Shown: positions 11,924 to 27,101 of the stretch, piece by piece
Position numbering within the stretch: position 1 is the first letter of the stretch
How the letters are laid out: every line of letters starts with the position of its first letter
NCBI GenBank assembly: GCA_023213395.1
Contig: CM041465.1
Location: 143,909,741-143,973,740, forward strand
DNA length: 64,000 nucleotides
Direction of reading: 5' to 3'
DNA from: Cycas panzhihuaensis
Lineage: Eukaryota; Plantae; Cycadophyta
Notes under the pieces: model-generated
What the model saw: the letters and a program-made list of their open reading frames with translations, nothing else
Databases searched by the model: none
Told to the model about the DNA's origin: nothing
Program-made: the position numbers and the translations under genes

Positions 11924-13049
11924 GTAATCAATGTTATAAATCACCTTCTCCTAAGCTATGAATTTGTGACCTTGGAGACAAGGATTGGTCCATCAATCTT
12001 CCCACTAGTCTAAGAGACATAAGGAAAACTCATAATAATCAAACTCATAGCAACATTGATGGCAGTTATGATGCACCTCAACCAAAGTTGTTAGTTTAGT
12101 AACGAGAGCTCAAGTCTCAGGCTCAAGATGAAAAGTAGGTAGATCATTGAGAATATCATAGGAAAGAATGGGAAAAGGTATCATAGATGATGGATTTATC
12201 ATATAAGAAGGTGAAGTCGGACTTATCCGAGTCATAGATTAGAGATGTTTGAAATGGATCAACTTACATGACCATTGCATCAAGATAATCCCACTCACAA
12301 TGGATTGTGTTAATGGTTTATGAAGGAGGGGTGAGGTTGTCATCCTTCCTAGAGGGGACATTATTCCAAATCCATGTAAGGATTAGAACAACTTACTAAG
12401 CTTAGAGACCAAGGCATGCTTGGTGAAACTTGAAACTTTTGATCATAGCCTAGAAGTTAGAAAGTTAGGTGGCTTGGGTTTCAGAAACCCTAAACATGTT
12501 GTCCAAGTGAGTGATTGCCCACAAGGCTTTTGCTGGAGTCATGGATTATAGATTAGGTTGAGGAGAGTATAGAATAACACATGGTGATTTGGTAATCTCC
12601 TTGTAAGTGTTGGGATGGCAAGCATAGATGAGTTGGTGTAAATGTCACACAGGCCAAGCTTATTGAAAAGGAGAGACTATATGAGTTAAGGGTAATAATG
12701 GGATGGTTTCATGGTTTCTCACAGGGACCTCTTGGTGCTCTTATGGAGGAGGGGCCTTTTGATAAGGACTAAAATTAGGAGGAGCATCCTCAAGGGATGT
12801 AACCCCTTAGGTATACAAAATCATAACCACATGGTATGAAGGAGGACTATCATCTTCTTGATTAAATGCAAGGTCACTAATAACTAGGTATTTGTAGCTA
12901 CCCATATAATAGAAGAAAAATTAACCATATGTAGTCTTAAATGGAGAGAGTTTAGATCAAATTAGAGATTCAGATCTTAGAAAAGAGACTCAAGCCATGG
13001 ATCAAGTTTAACTCCTTCAACCTTGTCTTCAAAGATAGCTCAAACAGTC

Positions 13050-16000
13050 TTTTAGCAGGAACTAAGAGGGGAGGCTTCATGTCCAATCATGTACACTTAG
13101 CCATTATAGAGAAGCTTCAATTGGCCATATAAGATAGAATAAATTACCCCTACATGATTTAGCTAAGGGTGTCCTAGGAGAAGATTATAGTCCACATCCA
13201 TGTCCATAACTATGATCTCTTTAAGAATGTTTTTACCTTCAAGGGTAAGGGAAATTTTAATTATTTCAAGGAGGGACTTCTCGTTCCCATCATACCCTTG
13301 ACATCTCCAAAGCATAGACTTAATGACCTCAATTCCTAATTCCTTAAGCATTTAGGCAAGCATAGCATTGACCAAGGGCCTATTATTCATTATAGTCCTC
13401 TTTAAGGTAAAGTTTGGCATTTCAATAGTCATGGCAAAGGGAGATTACTAGTGGCACTCCTTTTCCTTTTAAGGATGTGATCCTCTAAATCAAATGTAAT
13501 GATTAGTTTGTCCATAGATTTAATATAAACCATATGGATGGGAACTTCTTTGTGCCTAAAGGCTTCTAAAAATAGGTTTCTTTGATTAAGATAGTTTTAT
13601 TGGATATCCATCATGGACATACTTGTAAAAACTATTTAGACTTTCTTAATAATTGAGAATGTCCTCCCCTTGCCTATAGGTTGGGATAAGACCCTCTTTA
13701 GGTCATGTTAACCTAGGTAGGCAAGAATGGCCTAAGGAAAGAGAGGGATCTCAATAGGTTGAGGTTTAATAGGTGGTTGTTAGGAGGAGGAATCTCCTTT
13801 AGCTTCTTTAGTTACTTAATCTTGAGTTATGGTAAACTCTTGAATGTTCTCAAGTAATTAGATCACTCTCTTACCCTTAGGATTATAATGTTGAGCTGCT
13901 TCCATGGACTTTTGGTTTGTAAGTTAAGAGGTCTTAGTTTTTATTTAGGAGTTCTTCTCAAGTTGATTCTAATGAGATTTAGGTGTTGGCCTTCTCTAGG
14001 TTTAGGGTCTTCCTCTTCCTTGTTGGGCTTATGGAAGACCTTAAGCCTTTTATACCTTATGGTTAGGGAAAGGATCCTTATAGACTAGTTGATCAAGATT
14101 AGGTTTCAACACAAGTTTTGATGCAGTGTCCCTTGTTAGTGCTAACTTAGAATATAAAGTCCAGCAATGGTCATCATCATGAGTGCAATAGTGATGAAGT
14201 GACAACCACCTTTTCTCATATGGGGTTTGGTATTTGTTTCTTAAATGAGAGATGGGTTCACTACCCTTAACTTATAAGGGGGATCTATCTTATTTAGTGA
14301 ACTTGTCAAGACCTCTAAGAGGGGACAGAAGGTTCTTAGTGGCTTTGTCCCAATTGTAATTTGAGATCTCTCACAAATCACTTAAATGAGTAAACTATAG
14401 ATGTAAGAAAATCCATGGTCTTACTAGGGGTCTCAAAAGTAGGCCTTTAAGCTTATGGAAAGGGCTTAGGATCCCATGCCATTAGAAGCACCACAAATTA
14501 TAGAGATGGTTTATTAATCTTCTCAAGGCCTACCTAGATCTCAATGGATTCCAAAGCCAAGCATTTAGAAATAGTAGAGTTATATGTGGTTGTGCCAATT
14601 TTAAGGACTTTTATATGTACTTCAAGATGAAGGGCATTTACAAAGATATCTCTTTAAATCATTAGGCATTATAACCTAAGATGAGTGTAGTAGGTCATAG
14701 AAGTAGAGGATAAATTCATTATTGAGCTCATCCTTTCCTTACTTAAGAGAGAGAAGGGCTTTAGCCCCACTCTTAGAAGGATAAGATACATCAAAATTAC
14801 TTACAAAAGTATCCACCAACTACTAGAAGCAATAGATAAAATAAGTAAGTAGGTGTTAAAACCATTTTAGGACATTGCATTAAATGGATCTTGGGAACAA
14901 CTTTATTAGAATATGGTTTTAAGGTTAATAATTAATGCATGCCATGGCAAAGGCCTTTGCATGGTCCCTTAGATCTTGAGATAAAGTATCCTCAAATTTA
15001 AGAACTTATAGTGAGTGGGGTTATAGTTTAGTTTAAAGTGCCTTTAAAGAAAGAGGGACGGTATGATAGTCAATGAAGGGATATACCTCAAGTTGAGTTA
15101 AGGGATCAATAGGTGGTAAAATAGGTTGAGGCCTATATGGCTATTGAGGTTGGACCACACCATAGGGGGTTGCCCCTACTAGTAGGTCTAATAAGGTGGA
15201 TGGGTTACAGGATACCCCCATCTTAGTAAGGAATCACTACATGAGCATATGGATTAGCCACACATGGTGTAGACCTAGATGGAACATGGTGGGCTAGAGA
15301 AAATTAAGGCACAATAACTTGATAAGATGGAGTAGAATGAGAGGATATATGTAAGATGGGGTTTTACTCATATGTTCTATAAAATAGAGGAGCAATCCTA
15401 TATAGGTGTAAGGAATCAACATCATAAGTAAGTTGGGGTGAGACCCACCTTACCTCCATTATTAAGAAACACAGTTAGGTGAAACATAAGTAGAGTGGAT
15501 AGGTTAGGGAGTTGGATTAGTAGAATAAATAGGATGTGTAGGAGGATAAGACATCCCTTAAGGTCCTATTAGTCTAGATAAAGGTTAGGGTGGGACAAGG
15601 TGGAAGGGATGGAATAATGAGGTTTGACCACATGGTCATTAGTTATGGGATGGTCATGTGAATCCCACTTGCATATATAACAAGTGGAATAGAAATGGGA
15701 GATGGGTAGATGGGTAGAGAACATGCCATAAAAGTGGAGGGTACTAATAAGGATGTTTTTAGTGGGGTTTGGATAAGAAAATTGGTAATAGAGTGGCATG
15801 TTAGGAAATAGGCTCCTATTAAAAGGCTGCTTGTAGTTGGGATGGGGGAATAAGTTGGTTTAGGCAAGTGCTTATTCCAAACAAGTGACAAGCCCAAGTA
15901 GAAATCATGTCTAAAACTTCTTATTCATAATGAACCCTTAGGGCTACCATAGTATCCTATGAGCTCTTCAAGATTTAGTATAAGTTAAAGACTTCCTTCC

Positions 16001-16300
16001 TTAAGTGAGTTTAGTTGAATGCAAAGGGTTAGGTTAAAGACCCAAGATCAACTAAAAGGTCATGGGGTTGAGAAACCCCAATGAAGTATGAATGAGATCC
16101 TATTGGCTTTTACTATATTGTCTTTATCCCATAAGGATAAGTGGCCTCTTCTCCACCTTAGGAGAGTATCAGTTGTTCATATAGATCAACTCCTTGAGTC
16201 CAATCTTTAGCATAAGCCTCATATAGATCTTGAGTTTGATATAGATCATAGTATTGATAATCTTCTTAAGCTTAATAGGAGTTCATAGACCACTCATGTG
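13050..16300 (-). pseudogene. Decayed gag-protease region of the host Tat/Ogre-like element
   Basis: ORF 13163-13351 ends VMDMDVDYNLLLGHP (protease LLGRP motif); gag-like DLRDHAKAF..KLFPRSI..KWF near 14850-14980; Pro/Ser-rich N-terminal remnants 15500-15900; boundaries approximate. Confidence 0.65.
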
Positions 16301-16596
16301 GGTAGTGACCTTCCATTAAGTATTACTCAATAATACTCAATAGGTGATGAGATTGTAAAGTATGAGTCCAAAGGAGGTAAACCCCTAAGGTAATGAGACA
16401 ATTATTGCATATGAGAAATAAACTCAAAAAGAAAAGGTCAATCCTAAAGATGCATAAACTATAACTCTAAAGTGAGGGAAGTAAGGTAAATGATGCTCAT
16501 GTAAGTAGACCTTAGACCTCAGAGTTAGGTCCTAAAGTAAATGGCTAAAGTAAAATAAAGAAGGGAATAGTATGATGCACTAAACCCCACTAATAA

Positions 16597-16615
16597 GTCC
16601 CCAATATAGTCGCTA
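16597..16615 (-). promoter_or_regulatory. Primer-binding site (tRNA-Arg type) of the Tat/Ogre-like element
   Basis: Minus strand TAGCGACTATATTGGGGAC resembles the Ogre/Tat PBS TGGCGACTCCACTGGGGAC. Confidence 0.65.
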
Positions 16616-16617
16616 AT

Positions 16618-19293
16618 TAAGCACATGTCACAGAAGGGGAATATGCATAGCATAACTCAATGACAGATTCAAAGGATGAAGGGAATCTAAGAAAGAAGGA
16701 TATGAACAAAAGCCTCCTATAGGGAACCAATATATTGTATGGACATGAGTGTGGGGACAAAAAATGTTTGTTTTCTAGGCTAGAAGGGACAATGTATAAG
16801 TGTGTGTGATGTACCTAAAAGGAAAAAAGGGTATAAACTAAAAAGAAAACATGAAAATACCTATATAATTAAGTAATAGTACAAGTAGATAAATGAGGAA
16901 ATGATGCATAAAAATAACAAAAGAGTAAACTACAAGCAAGATGAAAGTTTGGAGATAAGATTAATTTATTAATCAGTAATGTCCTTAGAAGGACCAAATA
17001 GCACTCAAAAAGTTGTAAGCATATGAGGATGTCATTGGAGCATATACACCCAAAAAGTAATGACTTCTACAACTAAATCCCTAAAAGGTGGATTGACCTA
17101 TCCTAACCTAACTCCTAAATGACCTAAACCAATAGACTTAATCTAGAAGAATAAGGGAAAGGACTACTTAAATTAAGAGGTCTAAAGGAGTCAAGACCAT
17201 AAGAGAGATCTATTTATGGATCAATTAGCGGGAACTCATCAATATTCGTAATCCATATTACACAAGTATAAGGTTGCTTGGTAGTACCCACATCTAACTC
17301 CAATAAACCTCCTTCTTTATGAGGTTAAACATAAAGAGGTCACTACTATGAAAAAGAATAATAAAGCTCAATTAACTATCAACACTCTATGCATTAGTAT
17401 GCAGTAGAAATAACTACCATTTATTGGCTTATTTGCAATGTAGATTAGAAGATGACTATTTAAATGCAAAACCCCACCACTCTCATCTAGTGATAAAAGT
17501 TAGATAGGGAGAAAATAGACCCCTCTCTTTCATAGATAAGAGACCTTATATCTAAAAGACACTAAAGAAGTAAATAATAAAGCTAACCATACAACTAAAT
17601 GCTTTTAATCTTCAAATGAAAAGAGAAAATAATTCTAATCTAGGAAATGCCTTTTGACCCCATAAATTTGAGGACTCATAACAAGTGTAAATATCAACTC
17701 CATTATGGTCCTTTATAAGATGAAGCAAACATGCAATTACATGAAATAAAATGTAATGTTCTTTCACTTATTTTCTTGATTTTTTAGTGCTCTTTTTCTT
17801 TAAAAATGAAACTATGTGTCAGGTAAGGAGAAGTAAGTAAGTATGATAAATAAGTAAGCAAGGTCCTTTTTAAATATTTTTATTCTTTTTAAATAAATAT
17901 AGAATTGAAATATATGATTAAAGCATTTCTTGTTTTGAAATGAAAACTATGATATGAGGATTTTTAGAGGAAAACTTGGGATTCATTTTAAATATTTTCA
18001 CAAACCTCTTAGGAATGCAAAGCCTCTCAACAACTACATCGCCAAACAGCTCAAAACAAAGTTAGTTGCATGCATTTAATTCATAAATTTCTAAGAAAAA
18101 TCTGGTAATATTTTTGCTTGTCAGATCAAGTTATGATGGAAAAAAGTTTTGATTATAAATTCAAATATATGATAATGAGTTTCAAACCAAATTTTTGAGC
18201 CCATACCTTTTTAATGATTCCTATAAAATTAGGCAGTAATGTGGTTGCACAACATTAACTTTTAAATTGGTGGGAAGAAGGATGAGGGGAAGGTGTTATT
18301 GAGCTTTCAACCTACATAAAACTTGCTTATAACTCTCTTCTACCTACAAATTAGTTTATGCAATGGAAATAAAAAAAAGACGAAATAATTAAAATAAACT
18401 ATGACTTAAAATGGAAGCACATATAAAACCAATAGCAAATGGTAGTCAAAAGAACCTTGGAGTTTCTAGAATTGCCACCAAATCAAAGCTCAATACATAT
18501 ACCAAGCCTTCTCTTCCTTACAAGATACTTTCATGTAGAGAAATAAAACATAGAAGGTGAAAAGATAAAGAAACATGCGTTTAAACATAAATAAAAGAGA
18601 TTAATAGATTGTAAACCAAACATAAATTAGAATGGCTTGAAATACAAATTATGTTGGGGGAGGGGGGTTACCTTAATTCTTGGTTTATAAGGGATGTTCT
18701 TGGCATGTTATCCAATCCAAGCCTTCTCCAACTCCAACTTATTTGTCAATTCCACTCCAAAAGTGAAACCAATATTAAAGTGAAAAGGCAACTAGAAGGT
18801 ATAAAAATTTTAGCATCATAAAATTACAAATTTTGACATCCTCTTCCAATAGGAAAATGGGGGGTATTTATAGATGTTGAATGCTATTAGTTCAGTGGAA
18901 TTTGGACCATATTTTATGATCCAAACTATGGGCCAAAACCATGGGTAAAGTATTCATGGATTTAGAAAAATAATAAAAAAATAGATAAAGCATAAAGGTG
19001 AAGCCTTGGAAAAAAGAATAAAGCAGATCCCCATAAGATTTTTGACCCAACCAAAGGTAGAAATACAATTGGGAACATTTATTATGCATTAAAATATGTA
19101 CTTTTCTCTTTTCTAACCATAGACTTTTATCTTACAAAGCTTTTAGTGGTGTCATAAAATTTTTAATGGTACCATGAACTGTACTTTTCATAGTGCCATA
19201 ATGAACTCAATGGTACTACAAAGTTCTCCTAGAGTAGAATAAAGTATGAGACAAATAGTTTTAAACATGGGATGGACTAAAATCAAAGCTACA
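16618..19293 (-). repeat. Probable long (about 2.7 kb) 5' LTR of the Tat/Ogre-like element
   Basis: Non-coding; begins immediately beyond the PBS; distal end reads TGTAGCTTTGATTTTAGTCC on the minus strand; partner LTR not in window, so the end is inferred. Confidence 0.5.
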
Positions 19294-19619
19294 TAGATAT
19301 GTATCACAATAGTACAAGGGAAACATCACATAAAACTAATAATTTTGTTAATGAAAGCACCCAAAAGAGAAAGACAAACATGGAATCACTATAAATGAGG
19401 GTGAAAAAAGTGTGAGAAATGTCTTCAAATGTACTAAAAAGCCTTTTGTAGTTCAAATGAGCTTGGTGGAAAACCTTTTAAAGCCACTAAGCATGGTTAA
19501 AATTGTCATAGGCAAAAAAATACGCACACCCATCACCAAAACAACAACCAAATGTTAGCATGTGCTTATAAAAGAACTAAACAAAACTAAAACTAAAATG
19601 AAAGATTAAAAGCATGTAC

Positions 19620-22600
19620 CTTCACTTACCTATTGGTGTAAGATGATTATGTACTTATTAATTTACAAAAGATAAAAGGTATATAGTCTTTCAACTTTCT
19701 CTTATTTCATTCTTCATGTATACATTCCACTTGTCCTTATGCTTTCTATCTTTAACTTGCACTTCTCTACAACTTTAAGATGCAAGAAGTTGTAGTTACT
19801 TCCTAAATCAATAAGTATGATGATATTTTTTCCTATAACTTTTCCTAGCATTTGTGCATTGATGAATTAATTATTAGCTTACTTTCCTTTGATTATTACA
19901 CGAACTTGTATGACACCTTCCTTCTAAACTACATATGCTACTATAACTTGTTTTTCAATGTTTTGGGCTCTACCTTCTATTCCTAACCTTTATGGAAAAC
20001 TATTGTCAAAATTCCCTAGTTCATTATATCAATAATAATTAACTTCTCCTAAATTTCTAGGAGCATCCACATATGGTAGGTTAGGCCTTAGATTACCTTA
20101 TGGGTAGTTGAAATCTCTCACTTCTTTATTGAATTGATATGTCATGAAATTCCTCCTTGGTTGTCCTTACCTTACATGGAATTTTCCCGTCCATGTAGCT
20201 TAATTATCATGAGATCTCTCATTCTAATCTCCATAATACCTAACCTTATTAATTGTTTCATTTAAGATTTTTAAGTCATGGATCCTAATTTTGTTTTAGA
20301 TACTCTCACTTAATCCATTGATGAATTAATATATTTTTACTTTCTCTTCCCAAATATAAGGTATGTATTGAAGGACCTTCATGAACTATCTCTTATACTC
20401 CATTATCAACCTTCCTTACTTTAATTCATAAAAGGCTTTAACTTTCTTGTCATAATAGCACTGAAGAGGTACTTCTTCCTAAAATATTTGATAAACTTGC
20501 TCCATCTCAATTCTCTCTTCTAAATATCTCTTACCTTCTTATGGTGATCCCACCACAAAGGCACTTTCTAATCGAGTTGTAGATATTAATTCTCATGCTC
20601 TCATTAGAGATAAATTTCTTTAACCTAAAGTACTTTTAAATATTAAGTAGCCATGCTTCTACCTCACCTTTATTTTTTATTTCACCATTAAAAATATATG
20701 GTTTTTACCTTCTTATTTTAAATTGGAGTATATTATTTTTACCTCCTCATCTTGGCTTTGTAGTACCACTAAAAGATTTGGTACTAATGGAGTCATAATC
20801 TTCATTATGGATCCAAGTCCTTCTCTTAGTTATCTTATTAGAATATTTATTAATTGATAGATCTTATGTTCTACCTCTTTTTCTATTGTTTTTAGTGTGT
20901 TGATACCAGTTATCTTGACTATCCTAGTTAATGGTTCATTAAATGCTATGGAACATTACTTTATAGTTCTTTATAATAACATCATGTTCCCTTATGATCC
21001 TTTTATTATCTTCTTTATAGTTGTTTATTTATTCCTCCAAGATAATGGCAGTCCCTACTAAGTCAATCTAGATATCATCTTATGGGTCCTCTCCATATCT
21101 TAGAAGTTCTTTAGTCCCAACCTCTTTAGTGTCAACATCTCTTTAACCTTTATGAATCATTCATGAATCATACCTATTCTCCCTATACCCGTGTCATTTC
21201 TTGTTCACCTCTGATATTGTTTTAAATCCTTGTTAATTCCCTATTAATATACTTGAATGTAACCTTGAAGTTCTTCCTAGCTCTTTGCTAAATATATATA
21301 AGCTCCAAACTTAGACTCTGATAACACCTTCCAGGGACCTCACCTAACCTAGTATAAACCTCAAACACCTTTGCCCCTCCTAGTTAGAACTCACCTAAAT
21401 TAACCAAGGCCAACACTAATTTTTCTAATATAAATTGTGAAATTTTACAAAGAGCATCACATACATAGTGAAATAGTCATGCCCAATATATGCAACAAGT
21501 CTATATGGACAAGGATTCTTCATAATTTAATTATATAATTACTTATAACAATATTTTTAGTAGGTATATACAACAAAATTATATCATTCACACATTAATT
21601 ATGTCTTAATGGAAAATGACTAAATTTCTTAGACAAATTCATTACCCAACCACTCGAATTCCCTTAGAGGAAAATGCCTTTGAGTTGGAGCATATGATAT
21701 AAATATCAGAGTATTGGTTCATCTTTCAATACTCAAATCTAAATTTTCCCATAAGACTCTTCTAGATAATGTTTCTTTTGTAAAATCTACAATAATATTT
21801 AATTATCTACACAACTACTATAAGTTCCCATTAAGACCTTAACATATTACTTTAATAAATATGAATAAAATATTTTCACACCTTTATGTGTTGAACTAGT
21901 TTATAGCATCATACCACATATAATTTCTCACTAAATTAATCTCTTTAGACTATCTTACTATAATCTCTTGCATGTCTCATATGTTGTAATCAAGGAGAAG
22001 AATAGGAACTCACTCAACCTAATTTTCTATCTTAAAAATTAGAGGAATTAGGACTCACTTAACCCAAGTTCCTTTCTCATAAATAAGAGGGGACTTACTC
22101 AACCCTTAAAGGAACAGGGTACTTACTCAACTCTACTTTCTTTCATAAATACCATCATAAATTAAAATTATAATAAAATTAAATTAGTACTCCACAAATA
22201 TGTTTATGATGCCTTCCCATCCAAACCCTTATACAAGATGATAGCAACTAATAGGGAGTGAATCTATCCCAGATTATCCCCTCTAGAATTTAGCTTCTAA
22301 GATGCTCATAATAAATAAATCTACACATAATTAGTCATTTTCTATCTTTATTATACATTACAAAACCTTTGTAAATGTCATAATCTCTAATTATATCCAT
22401 AAATTCTCTTGAGCATGTCATTGTCTTTCCCTCTCCTTATATCCTTAATTATTATTATGTCTCTAAAACTCTCCTTTGCATCCTCCCTCATCTTTTTCTA
22501 TCTCCTTTTTTTATAATACTATAACTCTTAAATTTCTAAGACCATTTGAATTATAATATTGTAACTCTTTAGCTTATAAATATATTCACATTTTACAAAT

Positions 22601-24188
22601 GTGACTCTTCAACTTCCATGACTATTTATATTCCTGCCACCTATTGTAATCTTTAGAAATTATAAACTCTCATGATAGATGATCTAACAACCCTCATCTA
22701 CTTCATAGTCCTTCCTACACATAGATTCTCCTTCTTTATTTTACACTTATCACTTCCTATAATTAATTGACCACTTTATAAAATGCTCAAGATCCTTTCG
22801 CGTATCCTCTTATTTAACAATTGTAATTACTTTACTAGTTATCTATTTATAAATGCTTAAACCATTCTCACTTCTTCTAAGTGATTAGCTTGCTTATGAG
22901 TTACACCAAGTATGGCTATATGTTCTTCAAATCAACAATTTAGATTCAAATTTATTTGATTATATGATCATTAATGATCCATCCTTCATTAATATGCTAC
23001 TTTATTTTGCTGTAAATGGCACAAATTAAATCGTATAGACCATTATCTAAAGGCATAGATTACTACTTGTATTCTTTTATTCATTCCTTCCCTTTGCCCC
23101 TAATATTGTAACTTGTAAGCTTATTTGATATTATTTTCTTATTTTTCTTCATAAATCTACAAAACACAAGATTCTTCATCTCTTTTATATCTTCACTATA
23201 AGGATGACTAAGATTTGATCATTTAGTATCCATCTAAAAACCACAATCCACTCATACGTCATCCCTTTACTAATTCCATCTATTTCTTTTATCTCTTCTT
23301 CTCTCATCAATGGCTAGTATTAAATCCTATATCTTTAATCTAATGGTCCTCATTCTATCTTGCAACTTTACCATTCCTCATGTCCTTTTATTTCTCAAAA
23401 TGTTCTTTTCTTATGACTCGTGCCTCAAGCAATAGCCACCTTCCATTCTCTCTTGTCATTAGTGAGATACAAGATATCACTGATTTCACACGCTCATGTC
23501 TCCTTTGTTAAAATATAACTTTTTACTCGACATCCACGAGATACAAGATGTAAGATTTCACATCTTCAGTCGCTTAATGACTTAAAATACCAAAGCATTA
23601 CCTTTTACCCTTCCATCTATGAGATGTAAGGTATAAGATTCTTCCACTCATGTGCTTTAAAAATTAACCTACTCTATAGTATGGACCTTCTTCCAGTCGC
23701 ATTCTACCTATAGTATTCCTTAATACTTCTTCATTCTTTTTAGTAGTCCTTTAATACTTTGCATGTCTCAACTCAGTCAAGCTTCTTCAATTCTAACAAC
23801 ACATTGCTAAGTACTCTTATATAAAGGGTATGTTCCTCTATCAATATTATTAGCACTCCAATGGAGTTATAATGGTTCTATATTTTCTTGTGACTAATCC
23901 CTTATAAAGTTTTTCTATTTTATTATTCCTTCACTTATATCATTTACTCTCACATACAATACTATCCTATCTAGGCAATTAGATTCCCTTTCTATAGTGG
24001 AGGAAACATTGGAAATAATTTACAAGTTTATAAGTGTTAACATATATTTATATTCAATTATAAATACCTCAACTTTAGATATAATACCACAAACTAATAT
24101 CCTTTCACCTTATGGAGCATGGAATAAGTATCCATCTCATAATAATATATTCTACTCTAATTAACAAGAAATAACTTGGGGTCTTATA
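19620..24188 (-). mobile_element. Truncated Tekay/Del-like gypsy (copy A): about 2.9 kb 5' LTR (about 21330-24188), PBS, gag and protease only
   Basis: PBS TGTTATCAGAG at 21316-21326; gag-like EVEAWLLNI*KYF; protease IILIDLGSNYNFL near 19800; 19620-20270 resembles 63400-64000 and 23330-24188 resembles 59353-60242. Confidence 0.7.
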
Positions 24189-26847
24189 TAAAACCCCTAA
24201 GAATACTTATAAAAGTCACAAAAATCTAGGAATAACAAAAGCCAAAAAGCTAATAACAAAAGCAAAAGAGCCAAAAGATCTAAATGCATTAGAAATCTTT
24301 AAATAAATAGTTATATTTTATCAATGGTTTCATTACAAAATCATAAAATTCAGAGCCCATTCTATTTCTTTTTCCTTAGTAGGTTTTAAAAATAAGGCAA
24401 ATTAAAGTAAAAAAAAAAGTTAGGAGTTACTAGATTTTTTTTAATTTTTTGTCGTATAGGAAATAGTATAAAAAATAGTCAAATAATACAAAAATTTCTT
24501 TGATACTATAAACAATGTTATAATACCATGATAGAGTTTCCTGGTGTCATAATAATTTTCATGGTGCCTCATTAAAATTTATAGTTTAGCATTATAAAAA
24601 AATAGGAATTAAAGTAGAAAAAGACCAAAATACCAGTGAAAATTTATAAAAATAGTGAATAATAAGAGGAGTAAGTTAGCCATTTTCAAGGAACATATGC
24701 CTTTAGTCACTACATGGTTGATCATTATTGTCTTATTAAATAAGTGTTGAAACACAAGCTAACCATATGAAAAATAAACCACATCAACTAGAGCAAATGA
24801 GAAATGGAAAATATTATTTAATTTCTAGGAAGGCCCAAAAATCAAGAAATATTAATATTTAGTAAGACTAAGGAAGAACACCTAATATATTTGAGGAAGG
24901 TATTTGAAGTGTTGAGGAAAGAGAAATTATTCACAAACTTAAAGAAATGTAGGTTCATGCATAAGAGTTTGGTATTTTTAGGTTTATTATTTTGCAATAT
25001 GGATTATGAATAGATGAGGACAAGATAAGGGTAATTGTTGATTTGCCTACTTCATGGAGTATAACGAAGGAAGGAGATTTCATAGTTTAGTTATCATTTT
25101 CAAGAAATCCATCCAGAACTTTAGTAGCATTATTTCACCACTAATAGATTACATGAAATGGAAGGAATTTATTTAGACAAAGGTAGCATAATAAAGGTTC
25201 TAATTACTAAAAATTAAGGTAAAAGTGACACATATTTTAGCATTATCAAAATTTGACAAGGTATTTGAGGTTGATTATAAGGTCTTACATGTAGTTGTTA
25301 GAGTTATGTTAAGTCAAGTCGAGAGGAGAATAATATGTTACAATAAGAATTTTAATGAGATGAGGAAGAAGTACTTCATAAATGATATAGAATCTTATAT
25401 TATCATACAGGTATTAGAGGCACTATCGTGTGCCCAAGGAGTTTATCTGATTTAGAGACCATCAAGTCTTAAGGTATGTGAATGTACAAGAGAAGTTAAA
25501 TACTAAATATACAAAATGGGTGTCATATTTATAGGGTTTTATCCTAAATCATAAGTCAAGAAAATTGAATCAAGTTAATGATTCCTTGAGTAGGAGGACA
25601 ATGTTATTAACCATAAAGGTGAGTGAAGTGCTTGGATTTAAGGTGTTAATGGATTTGTGTAATATTAACTTAGATTTTAGAAAGGTTGTTGAACATTATA
25701 GGAATCCATCAGTTGATGGAAATGGGTCCATATATGATGACTATTTTATATAGGATGGATATCTATTCAAGGCAAAGCAATTATATATTTTGGTTAGGTC
25801 CATAAGGGATAATATAATAAGGGAATTATATAGTATACATCTTAGAGGATGCTTTAGCAAGAGCAAGATCCTAGCCTTAGAGTAGAAGAAGTATTATTAG
25901 CTAAATATGAAGCAAGATATGGTAGAGTATCTAATAAGATGTAGGGTTTACCAAGTCGCTAAGGGATATACATAAAATATAGGATCACATATGCTACTAC
26001 TAATGTTAGAAGGATTGTAGGTAGATTTAAGCATGGACTCTTTGTGAAGGTTACCAAACACACAATGAGACAATAATTTTATATATGTTATTATGAATAA
26101 GTTTTCTAAGATGTCTTATTTCATTGCATATAAAAAGACTATTCATGTAATAAGAGTAACATATTTGTTCTTTAAGGAAGTTATTATGTTGCACAAGATA
26201 CCAAAGACCATTACTTCAAATAGGGATGGTAAGTTTTTTAGTCACTTTTTAAGAATATTATAAAAGAAGTTGGGAATAAAACTATAATTTAGTAGTACCT
26301 ATCACCCATAAATAAATGGGAAAACAAAGGTATTGAATAAGAGCTTTGGTAACTTGTTACAGTGTATTACTAGAGAGAAGTCAAATCAGTGGGACTTAAT
26401 ATTAGTACAAACTAAGTTTTTAAATAATTGCTCTATGAATAGGTCAACAAGTAAATCTTTAATCTATATTATATATAGCAAGAATCCTAAAGAAGCATTA
26501 GACTGAGTATAATGACTAATTAAAGATAAGATGAGTGGAAATGTAGAGACATTTACAAAAGGTATGTAGTAGGTGCATGATGAGATAATATAAAACTATA
26601 GGAAAGTAATGAGAAGTATAAGGCAATAGTAGACATGACCAAGAGGTACAAGGTATTTATTACAAGGGACTTTGTAGTTCCTCATCTTGGGGCCAACCAC
26701 CTATTATATCTATGTGAAAGGGAAGCCACGGTAGTGTGTGTCAAGGGTGGACCTTTCAACTAACCTCTCAAAAGAGGTTTTTTTACTTATGTACTTGAAT
26801 GAAGATGAGAAAATCAAACTAGCTTACAAATTAACCTACTTTACACA

Positions 26848-27101
26848 TGTTACGAACCTTCTTAAGGTTAATTAAGTAAATATTTATGAAGGGATGCTTC
26901 TTGAATAGTTACAACTTTTAAGGTTAAAGGGGGCCTACTATGTACTTATAAATATAACTTCATTGTATTATTAGACATCACATTTTTTTTCAATCAATTT
27001 ATATGGTCATTTGACTATTTAATCAATTCTATTGCTTTGTCTGCACTTGCTCTCTGGAATCTATCTGATTCATACTTCAGTTACGAAAAAGGTCCATAAT
27101 A
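26848..27101 (+). repeat. 5' LTR of the BRCT-carrying element
   Basis: TGTTACGAACC...GGTCCATAATA; colinear with 38929-39183. Confidence 0.93.

Larger units (their letters stand above)
1..19293 (-). mobile_element. Degenerate Ty3/gypsy non-chromovirus (Tat/Ogre-like) LTR retrotransposon, interrupted by two nested insertions; 3' end lies left of the window
   Basis: Minus-strand gag (about 14600-15000), protease (about 13150-13450, YNLLLGHP), RT (5466-6200), RNase H (about 1400-1900), integrase (33-1200); PBS at 16597-16615; the frame rejoins across TSDs at 1909/5461 and 6576/11924. Confidence 0.85.

Noticed and set aside
22000-22140. CRISPR-like repeat-spacer pattern
   Set aside because: Degenerate, irregularly spaced motifs within a plant LTR; no cas genes; eukaryotic context
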